DNA of 62,241 nt, counting the filler, from Rhabdomonas costata (Eukaryota): the NCBI GenBank assembly GCA_019059605.1. It is 27 parts of 27 records of this genome, joined end to end, with 100 filler letters (N's around TTAATTAATTAA, not from the genome) between each part and the next. Parts side by side here need not be neighbours in the genome. Positions count along the whole stretch, not along the records: positions 1 to 2,212 come from JAHMHO010004816.1; positions 2,313 to 4,523 come from JAHMHO010004817.1; positions 4,624 to 6,834 come from JAHMHO010004818.1; positions 6,935 to 9,145 come from JAHMHO010004819.1; positions 9,246 to 11,456 come from JAHMHO010004820.1; 22 more parts are not named here. One strand, given 5' to 3'. Below the pieces are notes generated by a model, which searched no databases, was not told where the DNA came from, and saw only the letters and a list, made by a program, of their open reading frames with translations. The position numbers and the translations under genes were made by a program. Below, piece by piece: positions 1 to 11,416 of the stretch (positions are counted from its first letter, which is position 1; every line of letters starts with the position of its first letter).

Positions 1-1
1 G

Positions 2-2185
2 GGGCAGCGGTGGCTGCTGCCTGTCTGCACGCTCAGCGTATGCTCGGAGTGCCTCCCATCTTCAGGGCCCCTCTCTCTGAAGGACGTCCTAGCCAGCAGC
101 ATGTCCCCGGCCCAGGAATGCCCCAGCTGCCCCCCTCCGTGCATTGGGGGCAAAGGTGACGCTATAGTGTTCCTGAACAGAGGGAGTGGCTGCGGGACGA
201 TCTCCCCTGTGCTTGAGGATATTGCCTTCTTGGGGGCCACCTACCGCCTTCGCTCGGTTCTTTGCTCGGGTCCCTCAGTGGGAAGGCCCGTTGTGCTGTA
301 CCGACGTAGCCCATCGGTGTGGTTCAGGGTGACTGGGAATGAGGTGGCTCGGATAGGGGATCCAGAGGTTTTCCACGAATCTCAAGATGCGGGGCTGACC
401 TTTGTGCTCTCCCCCATCTCCTCTGAGGAGAAGGCAGCAATCGCCGCCAGCTTCGCGCACGCCCCACATCCTTTGCAGCCCACCAAGTCTGCGCCTGCTC
501 TGCAGGGGTCCGATCTGTCAATGGGAAGCTGTGCTGTCTCTCCGCAGACATGCCCTGGCCCCGCTCCTTGTTCTTCCCCAAGGCCTCGACCGCCCCCTTC
601 GCCTCCAATTGTGCCGTCGGATTCCTCTGCCAGTCTACCATCCCAACGGCTACCCCCCATTCTGGCTCGGCCCCCATCCCCTTCTCCCACAGAAGGGATT
701 TTTCAGTTGCCCAGTGTAAGCCCGCCACCTACGATTGCTGGCTCCAGTGTGCCGCCCCTCACTTCAGGTGTCATTCCCTCGGTTTCCTTACCCTCCGGCT
801 CATTTAGCACTGAAAGCTGCCGGCCTTCACCGGTGGCGGTTCCTGGTTCCACCACAACAAAGCCCCACTCACCCCCTTCACTGTCTAAGGGCCCGACATT
901 GCCCAGCGTTAGCCACCCTCCTCCTTTCCCCGCTGCAACGGACTCTGCACCAAAACCTCTCCCCACATGCACTCCTTCGTTCACCCCTTCGGCTTCACAC
1001 TCCTCACCGGCAGCCGTTGACGTTGGTAAGGTTGATGCAGCCACTCAAGTTCGCCTGAAAGGGACGTACTGCTTTCAGGACAGGGCTTACCCTCTGGACG
1101 TGCTGTACACTGACGTGGACGAGTTGAAGCGGCATCTTGGTCTGCACGTGTGGTGCAACGTGGGTGCGTTCGTGGGTAAGAAAAAAGGTATGCTTTTGGT
1201 GCCAAAATGGAACCATTGGGTCATTTCGGGGAACAGGACTTCTCCAGCATTTCTACACACCGGCATTACCTCGCGCACGGGTACATCGTGTGCCCAATGA
1301 ATTAAAGTAATACAGGGTCATCGACAATCCTCCGCTGCTTTGGTTACGCGTGAGCAAAAAGCCACAAAGGGCTTGATGAGCGAATATTGGACCACTTCGG
1401 CATTGTGGAATTTTACGGCGCACTAGAAAGCAGGCATAGTTTGACCTCAGACATCGCCAAGCCCCTCAAAAACGCCGCAATTATGGGGAGGTGTCCGCAA
1501 GGGGTCACCCCCTCTCTCCACGGAAGTGCGAGCCAAGGGTCTGTCTCATAGTATCTGCCACCTGAAAATGGGATCATCCGCATGAATGTTTGAAAAATTG
1601 TTCATCCGGGATTCCGATCCAACATTTCGTTTTTGAGGTTTGGTGTATAATTCAATAATGGACTTGCCCCTCGTTCGTTTGTTGCGGACCCCTTGCTTGT
1701 GCACCAAAATGCGCTTCCCTTCTTCTCCACCTGTTGCAGTTGCTGAGCTTCGGCTGGAGCAGCTCTCCGAGCTGGAGTACTATGATCCTGACTTCAACGA
1801 TTGGGTGGACGCTGGGGGCTGGACCCCGGAGGAGATGAAGCGCGTTGTGGGGATCTGTGGAGAGAGCCTGGCCCTCCGGGTGGATGGCATCTGCAGGCCC
1901 CCCACCCCAGACCCGGTGTACCGCGTGACGGCCAAGGTGATCATCAGGGCGAAGCCCGCCCGCATGGACTGGACGGGCACCAGCCTGGCCATGCTCTGCG
2001 AGGCGGTGAAGGCGAAGGCCCCACCCTCCGACCCCACAAGCACCGTGCTGATGTACCGGCCCTTTGGCAGCAATGGGGACTTTCTCCCCTTGCAAGCCCT
2101 CTCTCAGCTGGCGGAGTTGTCGGACAGGACCGCCGAGGACAGCATCATGTTGGATCTTTCCTTTGCGACGCCCTCGGAACAGTAA
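2..2185 (+). CDS. Partial protein: degenerate USP-like C-terminal lobe, Pro/Ser-rich linker, then a small globular domain; exons 2-1187 and 1740-2185
   Basis: Frame open from base 2. The phase-1 GT-AG intron 1188-1739 joins KKK|VAELRLEQLSELEYYDPDFNDWVD in frame; stop at 2183-2185. YRLRSVLCSGPS...LYRRSPSVWFRV resembles the USP His-box region. Confidence 0.6.
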
Positions 2186-2212
2186 CCTCATCACAAACGA
2201 CACCGCAGATTA

Positions 2213-2312
2213 NNNNNNNNNNNNNNNNNNNNNNNNNNNNNNNNNNNNNNNNNNNNTTAATTAATTAANNNNNNNNNNNNNNNNNNNNNNNNNNNNNNNN
2301 NNNNNNNNNNNN
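2213..2312. other. Artificial contig linker (N-run + TTAATTAATTAA + N-run); first of 26 recurring about every 2.3 kb up to 59936-60035
   Basis: Identical all-frame-stop 12-mer between N-runs; flanking sequences are unrelated to each other. Confidence 0.98.
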
Positions 2313-3442
2313 GGTCTTTTCCTCTTTTCTATCACATTGTTCACAATATTACGCACATCTGAAGTCAACGCAGCTCTCCAAATTCCATTCTCAAGGCACT
2401 TGTCACAGCCATAATTTGTAATCTATCACCTGAGAAAAAAGTGGAGTGGCAATCAGGCAGAGATAATATTCTAGGTTAATTTAATTCCATCCATCCCCAT
2501 TTTCTCCTCTAAAAAGAAGCAAACCCCTCTTACTGAGACCACCACTTCCCACGGAAAATTACTTCCTTCCATTTCATTTGTGTGACCCTAGACAACAAGA
2601 CTCCATTGATACACGTCACTGTCTCTCAGCAACGGGCCCAAGCCCGAGCCTCACCAGCCACATCCTTAGCCGTCTTACTTCATTCCACCCAAATTACCTG
2701 AGCCTCGTTCACACCACAGGTGGCGGTGCTCGCTGTACACTGTACAGAACTAAATGAAGTCCTGGAGTGTACTGTACTTCTCTGCTCTCATCGTTCGTAA
2801 CATTCTTGGATTGTTCCACAGTGGCTTTTGCTGGGTATGCGGAAAGGTCTGGCTTCGTACGATGGGCTATTTCACTGTTTGATCTTCGATTTGAGCGATG
2901 TTCCTCGCTTGAACAACAGAACGGTCACGCTGAAAATGTGCTTCGGTTATAAAAGCGGCAGGTGCGGGTGTCATGGATTCTGAGTTTTTTCAGTGCTATG
3001 TGTGAAGGTTGATTGTATTCGGCGGCGCTTGTGGATTTGTCATCGATTAGAGCGAATTGTTGACTGAATGTCCGCTTGGATGCGAATCTCTGGGCAAAGG
3101 TTCATTGCTTGCTTTCTTGCGGAAAGCGAATGTAAAGGAGAATTCAACCAAAAAAAAGGCTGCCGCTCAGTTTCCTGGATGTTATTACAATAAATTCTTT
3201 GGATTCGTGCTGTGAGGGAATCTGTGGGCGAGAGGTCGGTTTAGTGGACCGCATTAAAACCTACTAATCCAGTTACCCAAGGGCGCAATATGGGCCCCTC
3301 TATGGCTTTCCTACGTCATCTGCCTCATGCCAATCTCATGTGTTTGGAAGCGATTTTGGTGCGGGCTGTGGACTGCATTATTTTGCATTGGACCGGGCGC
3401 TCAAACTGGTGATGCGCCTCGTCTTCTCCAAAGAAGTCAAGA

Positions 3443-4169
3443 ATGGGCGTTTCCTCGTTCTTCAAATGGCTGGTCACGAAGTACCCTGGCATTCTCCAGC
3501 ACTGCGCTGTGGAGACCCCCACGGTGGTGGGAGGAATCACCATACCGGTGGACCCCACGGCGCCCAACCCCAACGGGGTGGTGCACTCGTGCTGCCACCC
3601 CGATGGGGAGCCCCCGCCAGCCACGGAGGAGCTCATGATTGCGAAGGTCATCATCGGAGCTGGCCTCCGCCCTTGCAATTTTTTTGTCGCGTTTGTTTGG
3701 GAACCACTATCTCCACTGGTTCACCGCTTCACCTGCAGCTCATCACTGGCGCTGGCCGGTTGAAGCCCGAAGTCTGAAGTCGATCCAGTAAGGCTTCCAG
3801 GAAGGTTTTTTCTATTCGGGAGTTTAATGGGAGGTTTTCCATTGCTGCACATTGGTGGGTTCGTCTTTTATTCATTTTGGTTTGCCCCAGGCGGGTATTC
3901 TGGCTGATTTTCCGATGGGTTTCTTTTTGTTATATTTTTCGTATAATAATTTTATTTTTATACTTTTTATTTTATTTTTCTTATTCGGATACCACACGGG
4001 TGAGCGTCTTGGCGTTGGTCAGGTCTTTGAGGGAATTGATCTCCTGGTGTCCGTGGTTCGGCCCCGCCGGCTGCTGATGCTCTCCCTGGATGGGGTTGCT
4101 CCCCGGGCGAAGATGAACCAGCAGCGCGGCCGAAGGTTTCGCAGTGCGCGAGACCGCCGCTTCCTTCAG
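3443..4169 (+). CDS. XRN2: 5'-3' exoribonuclease XRN2/Rat1-like, N-terminal part; exons 3443-3646 and 4023-4169
   Basis: [58 protein letters not shown]; phase-0 GT-AG intron 3647-4022. Confidence 0.9.
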
Positions 4170-5304
4170 GTCGCTGCACCGCAGTCTCCTTCCTGCCTCT
4201 CACCCATTCATGTGACCTGCCAAACCTCTCCTTTTATTCTCTTTGGTTTCTTTGGTTGTCGTCTGTGCCCGTTGAAACTTTCGTGCATCTTGTATCTTGT
4301 GAGAGATAATGTGCCTGCCCATGCCACTGACTTTGCCCCTCTAGCGATTTTTCGGCATAAGTCTTATCGTCTCAATCAGTTCCGCGATTTAAGGAGGATG
4401 TACAAAATTTACAAAACTTAAAAATTTTGCTACATGTCTTTCCATCCTTAATCAACCAGTTGCTATTTCTTTGCACTAATATCTTCTCCGCCAACCATCA
4501 CTATTACCCTTTGGCACACATAANNNNNNNNNNNNNNNNNNNNNNNNNNNNNNNNNNNNNNNNNNNNTTAATTAATTAANNNNNNNNNNNNNNNNNNNNN
4601 NNNNNNNNNNNNNNNNNNNNNNNTTCCTTGTAAACAGAGCACATTCGAGCAATTAGATGCCATCACGCTGGGGATTCCATAGTGATAATAGTAAGAAGAT
4701 TTTGCGGGATGCGTGTGTCCCCTCCGCTGCGCTGTGCGATCCAGGATCAGACTTCTGCTTCTTTCTCTGCCTTCCCCTCTGTCTCTTTCAGCTCGCTTTC
4801 CCTCCCTGATCCTTTTCCCTCCCATTTCCTTCCCGCTCTTTTGTCGCGTTGTTGCAGCGGTACAACGCTTAGGTACCATAACCACACAGCGAACATGAAA
4901 CAGTTTGCGCAGAGTAGCTGTCTCTCCACGGAAAGATTGAAAAGGAAGCACAGTTTCCAGTAGGTGAGTTTTCGATGCCCCCCCCCCCGAAAGTAACTCG
5001 CATCAATCTCTTGATAATTCACTATATTCTTTCTTCTATTTCATTGGTACTTGTCCTCCTGGTACGAAATTGGCGTCCCGGATGCTGCCGTGGCGATCGC
5101 AACGCTATTTTGAGTAGCAATTACCACTCACGTTTAAAACTGAGCTGTGAACGCTACTCAGTTCTGCAGAGCGAGAGGCAAGGGATGGGGCATAATGTTC
5201 CGCATCCGGAGGCCGTTGTCAGTCAGATCACACGGCAACGACGAGGCACCGGAATGCCTTGTGGCCGTGGGTGGTGGCTCGCTTTCGATAGATCTCCTCC
5301 TCAG

Positions 5305-6652
5305 AAGCGGTTCGCGAGATTACCTACTTCGAGTCCGACGTTGCCGTGAGCGACTCGGCACTGAAAGACTCTGACTACGGCATGCCCACCCATCCAATTT
5401 GCATTCCTTAGGTGGTGTTGTTCTGTGTGGTGGTTTCCATAGACCCATGGTGCTGTCTGGTAAGATGGCACCATGGGTCTAGGATGGCCGGACAGCGTCC
5501 GATCACAGAACGCTCATAACTGGGGTGTGCGCAAGCTAACCATCCCAAGCTAACCAGCCCCAGGCTGTATGAGGAACCCTGTTTATTAGGGTGTGCTTGG
5601 GCTCCTCGACATCAATTTTAACTAACTCTCCTGATGGCTTTGTATGCCTTTCGATTTTTGGTACACTTTTGAGCTGGATTCAAGTTCTACACTCTGCTTT
5701 GCTATCGCAAGGATAGCCTCGTGTGCCATGCCTATGTCCTCCAAATCAGCCGCCACGGCGGACCAGCCGCTGCAGATGGTGCCGCTGATTGCCTCCGCGG
5801 TGGCCCTTGCAGTGAACGTGCCCGGGCTTTCCTCAGAGGTCACGTTGACGTTTTCCCGGGAAGTCCTGGTCGGGGTCTTCAACGGCAGTGTGCAGTGGTG
5901 GGACTACGCCGAGCTGCGGCGGCTGAACCCCTTCGTGTACCTGCCGCACCGCCCCATTGTGCTGGTCACCATCAGCCAGTGCGTAGCGTCCTGTTCACAC
6001 CCCCTCACCCGTTTCACTCCAAACATTTTTACTCGCATATGCTGAAGAATGGACCCCAAAAAATCACGCAAATCGCCATCACAGTATAATATTTCCCTTT
6101 ACGTTTCCCAAACCGTCCTGGCAAAAAAAAATCTGCTGATTTCTGGTAACCATACTTTAGCGGGGCGGCCTGACAACTCAATGCGGTTGCCCTCCCCCAA
6201 TGCGGTCAGACTTCCATTGAGACAGACTGCTTTAGTGAGTTGAGTGCCTCCCATTGTGGAATCATACCTGCATCACTATGCCGCTTCTCATTCGTCATTC
6301 TTCAACGTTGCTCTGCACGTCTCCGTGGATGGGCTCGCCCTCTCCTAAAATCTCGCTGCCTTTGAAGCCACCCTGTGAAGCCCTTGAGGCCAATGAAGCC
6401 ACCCTTTTTGTGAGGAAGATCTTTCGAGCTCCCTTTCTCTAATTCTTGCCGAGTCTCCCTCGGTGTGGCACTCTCCCTTTTTTTACTCAAAGGAGCAGCT
6501 CGATCACCCTGCTGCTTCAGACAGCTCTTGCTCGGATTTGGTCCCCGTGGGCGACGCTGTACAACGTCAGCTCCAGCCCGCTGTGGCCTCTGGAGGTCGC
6601 CGATAGGATGCTCACTGCAGACTCCCATGACGCTGTGCTGGCCCTGGCACAG
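5305..6652 (+). CDS. PstS-like (PBP2) solute-binding domain, probably a receptor ectodomain, partial; exons 5305-5379, 5750-5978, 6493-6652
   Basis: Spliced product SDVAVSDSALKDSDYAATADQPLQMVPLIASAVALAVNVPG...FSREVLVGVFNGSVQWWD...LNP...LPHRPIVLV...SSITLLLQTAL follows the PstS-fold pattern. The first intron is GC-AG. Confidence 0.75.
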
Positions 6653-7662
6653 GTTGTCCCCACATTCCGAACAGATAGCAGCTCCAACCCGCCCGCCCGC
6701 CAGCAATGGCTCACGTTTTGCCAGTCGTGCCAGATGTTCCCATTGGGCTCCGGCTCCCGTCCCAACTGGTCCGTACTTCGGTCCCTTAACTTCTGAGCCG
6801 AAGGTATTGTCTTTCCTGCCCTCCCCCCCCATTCNNNNNNNNNNNNNNNNNNNNNNNNNNNNNNNNNNNNNNNNNNNNTTAATTAATTAANNNNNNNNNN
6901 NNNNNNNNNNNNNNNNNNNNNNNNNNNNNNNNNNTGTGGGGGGGAAAAAATCGGTAGGCAACACGTAGTAAAGGGGAAGGTACCCATGTGAGGTGAACCA
7001 GCACGCGGTCTTCTTCCCCTTTACTACGTGTTGCCTACCGATTTTTTCCCTTCCACAACTTCCTTCCACTTTGCCATGCTGTGCTTTGCTGACTGTGTTG
7101 AGTCTCACTCAGTGCCTACGTTACGGGGGTACGCCTCGTACGAACCCTTTGCTCCTCTGTGCCTCACTTGGTGTGGTCAGAATGAAATGCGCGAGCTCTG
7201 CGCGTCAGCGATCTGTCTATCCGTGCATCCACTCCTGCGCCGATCTCTCGGGTTGACACTTGTTCGTGCTCAGTTTCTCTTCCTGCCCGTCGCTTTTGTC
7301 GCAGCGCGCTGCTAGTGGCGCTGAGGAGGATATACCTCCTTCGCGTGAGCTGAGCGGACGTTTTGTCGCCCTCATTGCCCCTGCGAGATGTGCTCATTTG
7401 TGCATTTTTGCCGGCATTCGCGGAGGTCCCTCCTTTTCCTCCGGTAACCTCCTTTTCTCCTTGTGTCCTCAATCAATCTGCGTTCTGTTGTGCTTTCCAG
7501 TGCTTTTCAGTGCTCTTTTCTTGTCTCTTGTACCCTAGCTCGCACTGGCTCTGAATCTGGACGGTGCTTCACTTGCATGTCTTCCCCAGCCATTTGGTCT
7601 GTGTCGCGTTTGCTGCGGCTATGATGACGACGATCTGAGTTTGCAGTGAAGATCCGCTTGTA

Positions 7663-8880
7663 CAGGGTGCTCCATTTAAAAAGTTAAACATGAGATTTGA
7701 ATGAAAAGAGCAAGGGCCCCTTTTCGCTGGTAGCTTTGGTATGTGACCCTGCCTCGAAGACGTTTAATTATTCCTAATTAGTTAATCAGTTAGTATGAAA
7801 CCGAATCAAATTAAGGGGCAGAAATTGTCACCGGTCAGCGAAGTTAGACGGTCCTAGAAGGTGGCCCTGTGGTGCAGACAGGCTCTAGTCCGGAGAGAAC
7901 GCGTGTCCATAACAGCCTAAAGGGTCGCCTGCGGCACAGGGCGCCCTCAGAGACTGCACCAGAGTCGACACATGGGCCTTAACCAGGTCCCACGGAAAGA
8001 AGTCCCAGACAGCTGTTTGGACTGAGGTGACCACTGGACTGAACCCCCCTTTTCCTGGAAATCATCTTTTCAGGAAAAGCCTCCTGTTGTGCAAGGGTGA
8101 GAGTCGCGGTGTGAGGCCGCCCGTCCTGCTGAAACCACAGGCTCTGCAGGGTGACGTGACGGTGCTCTAACTGGGGGGTCACCCCGTATCAAGCGCCATT
8201 CACGATAACCGTTTTGCGGCCTCTTCGAAGAAGTTGGGGCCGATGATTCCCCAAGAGGCAACCCCGCTCCACATGGTAACGTGAATAGACTGCCTCTGTC
8301 TGAGAGCTACCTCATGGGATGCCCCGTTACCCCAGTGGGTCTCATCAGCCATGACAAGGCCCCCCATTCAGTTCAGCTCATTTTTTCTATGTTACTGTAC
8401 CCTTGTGCTTCCGCGCCAATGAAGCTTCTACAATGGTTCTATCCTGTATCGTGCATCCAGCTGTGCGGGCCTTTGTTGCTGCAGCGACGCGAAACTATGC
8501 TCGGATGAAGCGAAAGACCCCATGTAACGAAAGAAGCATCCACGTTGACAGCAGCCAGCGGCTGAACGGAAGGGCGCATAGCCATTGCACTGGCTGGAGC
8601 GGAACAAGGCCAGCAGGTGCCCAACAGCGCGGTGCAGGTGTCAGGGCAATCCCCAACCATGCACTAAGCGCCTGGCTGCTTCGGGGACTTTGCTCAAGGG
8701 CATAGCAAATACGCTGCAGAGTTGAGGGAATGAGCCGGTTGAACAAAAGAACAAAGCGACGTGAAAAGCGCCAAAACAGCTGTTAAACAAAATGGCACAA
8801 GTCTGATGTGCACAGACGTCACATCACTTCATGCCTTTTCTTTTCAAAATCCATATATTTCTTTTTAAATGGAACACTCT
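7663..8880 (-). mobile_element. Decayed Tc1/mariner DNA transposon (rosa/DD41D-like)
   Basis: TA|CAGGGTGCTCCATTTAAAAAG at 7661 has an imperfect inverted copy CTTTTTAAATGGAACACTCT ending at 8880; transposase remnants lie inside. Confidence 0.7.
7850..8262 (-). pseudogene. Frameshifted transposase catalytic-domain remnant
   Basis: Across shifting frames: GIIGPNFFEE, VIVNG, LWFQQDGRPHTA, FPEKMISR, WDFFPWDLVKAHV, compared with the family pattern GIIGPYFFE...WFQQDGAPxHT...DFFLWGYLK. Confidence 0.8.
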
Positions 8881-8946
8881 TTCGGTATGAGATCGATTAT
8901 TTTGTAAATGCAACGACGCGTCTGTAATTGAAAATGGTGTAAGGGA

Positions 8947-9136
8947 GATTCTAGGAATAAGGTGAAAAAGCCGGTCTTGGCATCTAAGCGTCATTTTTGA
9001 AGACACCTGAAAGCCGTCCCTGGAGCTGGATGGGTTATGCACGTTTCACGTCTCAGTGTTCGCCTTTGCCTCTCGTTTTTATTCAAAATTGACGCTTAGA
9101 TGCCAAGACCGGCTTTTTCACCTTATTCCTAGAATC
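8947..9136. repeat. Inverted repeat with 47-bp perfect arms (8947-8993 / 9090-9136), extending inward to 55 bp with one mismatch; 80-nt spacer
   Basis: GATTCTAGGAATAAGGTGAAAAAGCCGGTCTTGGCATCTAAGCGTCA and its exact reverse complement. Confidence 0.95.
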
Positions 9137-9951
9137 CCCCACACANNNNNNNNNNNNNNNNNNNNNNNNNNNNNNNNNNNNNNNNNNNNTTAATTAATTA
9201 ANNNNNNNNNNNNNNNNNNNNNNNNNNNNNNNNNNNNNNNNNNNNGTGGGGGGGTGCAGTCTGACGCTGTGAATGTGGGCTTTCCAAATGGTTCTGCTGA
9301 AGAAGTGATGTTTTCAGGGTTGGGTTTTCTCAGTTGGAAGTATTTGTTCTGGTTGTTTGAATGTACTGTTGTTCCGCTTTTCTTGGTGTCGAATGTGAAC
9401 GTTTTCGGATGGTTTGGCAAAGTCTCACTTCCTGTGAGAGTGAAGATGGTGCAGGGGCGGGGTGGTCATGAGTCATGAGTCGCCTGATTGGATTGTTCTA
9501 ACTTTTGAAAATAAGCCGCCTCTCAACTGTGCACATCACTTTGTTCTTCTGGTTCCTCTGGATTTTTCCTTGCTGTGGTTTTTGCGTTATTGCTACAGAC
9601 GCCCTGAAAACCTCCGACTTCCCGGATATCTGCCTGAAGGCCAGATATATGTATTGGAATGGGTATTATATTGCATCGCATGCGTCCTACAATCTTTGTC
9701 TGCTGTGGATCAAAAGGCTTGATTAACCTTAATACACAGCATTGTCCTTTTTAGGGGGACCATCCCAGACGCATTGGTGGGTCTTGTTCGCAGAACGTAG
9801 ACGTTCCCCCGTGTGCTTCTCAGTTGTCTTCGTTTTGTCCTGCTGCTTGCATGTGTCTTTTTGCTGTCTGCGGTTGAATGGTTATGGGGGTGCAGTCGTG
9901 CGAGTTTTACATTGCCGCGCCGACGTGAATTGGGGAGGGGGGCTCTCTCAG

Positions 9952-11416
9952 GTATGACCAGCACGGGCACCCCATCCTCTACGTCCACAGCCAGCTTCAT
10001 GACTGCTCGCTGGATCGGGAGCAGAGGTTCCGGTACGCCCTGTTCATGCTGGAGAAGGGGGTGACTCTGATGAACAAGAAGTTCTCCGGAAAGGAGGTTC
10101 CACCCTTCAACCCCACCACCGCTTTCTGTCTCGTGAATTCGTGAAGCGGCAGTGTGGCATTGGATGTTATCCTTTCCTTTTCGTCTTGCCCCGTTGGCGT
10201 TGGATTGGTCCCAGCAATGTGACTTTCCACCCATGATGTGGTGAGAATTTTATGGCAATCAGGAAGCATGAGAGATAACTACGCACCAAAGCAAAACTGG
10301 GGGACAGAGGTCCCATTTGAGTAAAATTTTTTCTTTTTTTTCTATTTTTTCGCTACTAAACCGAAAAGGTCGCTTTTAGGCAAAAAATATTCAGTCCTAA
10401 AGTGAAGCGAACAATATAAGGTGTCGTCAAGCCGCAGCTATATGTGTAAAGGGCCGAAGGATTAGCTCATAAATTCTCTCTCCCTTCCACATGATCTCCA
10501 CCACCACCTCTGAAGATCACCTGGTCTGGGCTTTGTGGGGCATCTCAGAGTTCTCTGCGCTGCATTAGGAGGTGAAGGAAGGCTCTTTTTTGTTTTTGGG
10601 TTTCGAACAGACTTTCTGATACAAACATGTGTGCTTTCTTTTATCCCCCGTTGCTCCGGCTCCTGTCCAATTGGTCTGTTTTGGTTGGTCTGCTGCGGTT
10701 TAATAGGGCGTGGAGCAGTGGGTCATCGTCCTAGACGAGGCCGGCCGCACGCGCAAGAACATCGACCTGGCGTTCATCCGGAAAGTCGGGCCAATAATGG
10801 GCAGCCACTACGTGGAGCGTCTGTACCGAGTGTACGTCATCCATCCCACCAGCACGTTCTCTGCCCTCTTCAAGGTCAATGTTGCTACCCCCCCCAATCT
10901 TTGCTTGCCAGACAGGCAACTTCCGTCTCTCGTCTTTCTCTCGCCGCCACCACCGACGCGGTGCCGTCACCGTGTGTTGCGTGGAAGGTCTTAATTCCGT
11001 TTACCTTCCGTTTTTTTAAATTCAAACTCAAAATGAAAAAGAATCTAGAGGGCAAAGTCGAAGCGGGCCCGGGGTTTTTTCCATGTGCAGTGGACCCCCC
11101 GAAACGCTGCGTTACCTGCTAATTCTCGTTTTCGGGCTTGCCGATAGATACTCGCAACCTGATCCCCGTGAGCTATCGGGTTCGGGTGGGCTCTGCTTTT
11201 CGGGAGATCAGCAGGAGGCCTGGTGCTGTAATAGTGCTGTAGTATCCTATGCTCTCACCGTTTTGCGCTTCCTCCTCCCTTTTTGCTTTGCGCCAACGCT
11301 CTCTGCCATCACAGGTCGCTTCGTTGTTCATGGACGACGTGTCGCGGTCCAAGGTGGTGCTCAGCCGGACGGACCAGGATCAGCTCACACGCGCCGACGA
11401 TCGGGACCCTGAGAAG
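9952..11416 (+). CDS. CRAL-TRIO/Sec14 lipid-binding domain protein, partial; exons 9952-10096, 10707-10874, 11315-11416
   Basis: YDQHGHPILYV...YALFMLEKG...GVEQWVIVLD...GSHYVERLYRVYVIHP...FK|VASLFMDDVSRSKV; two phase-0 GT-AG introns. Confidence 0.85.
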
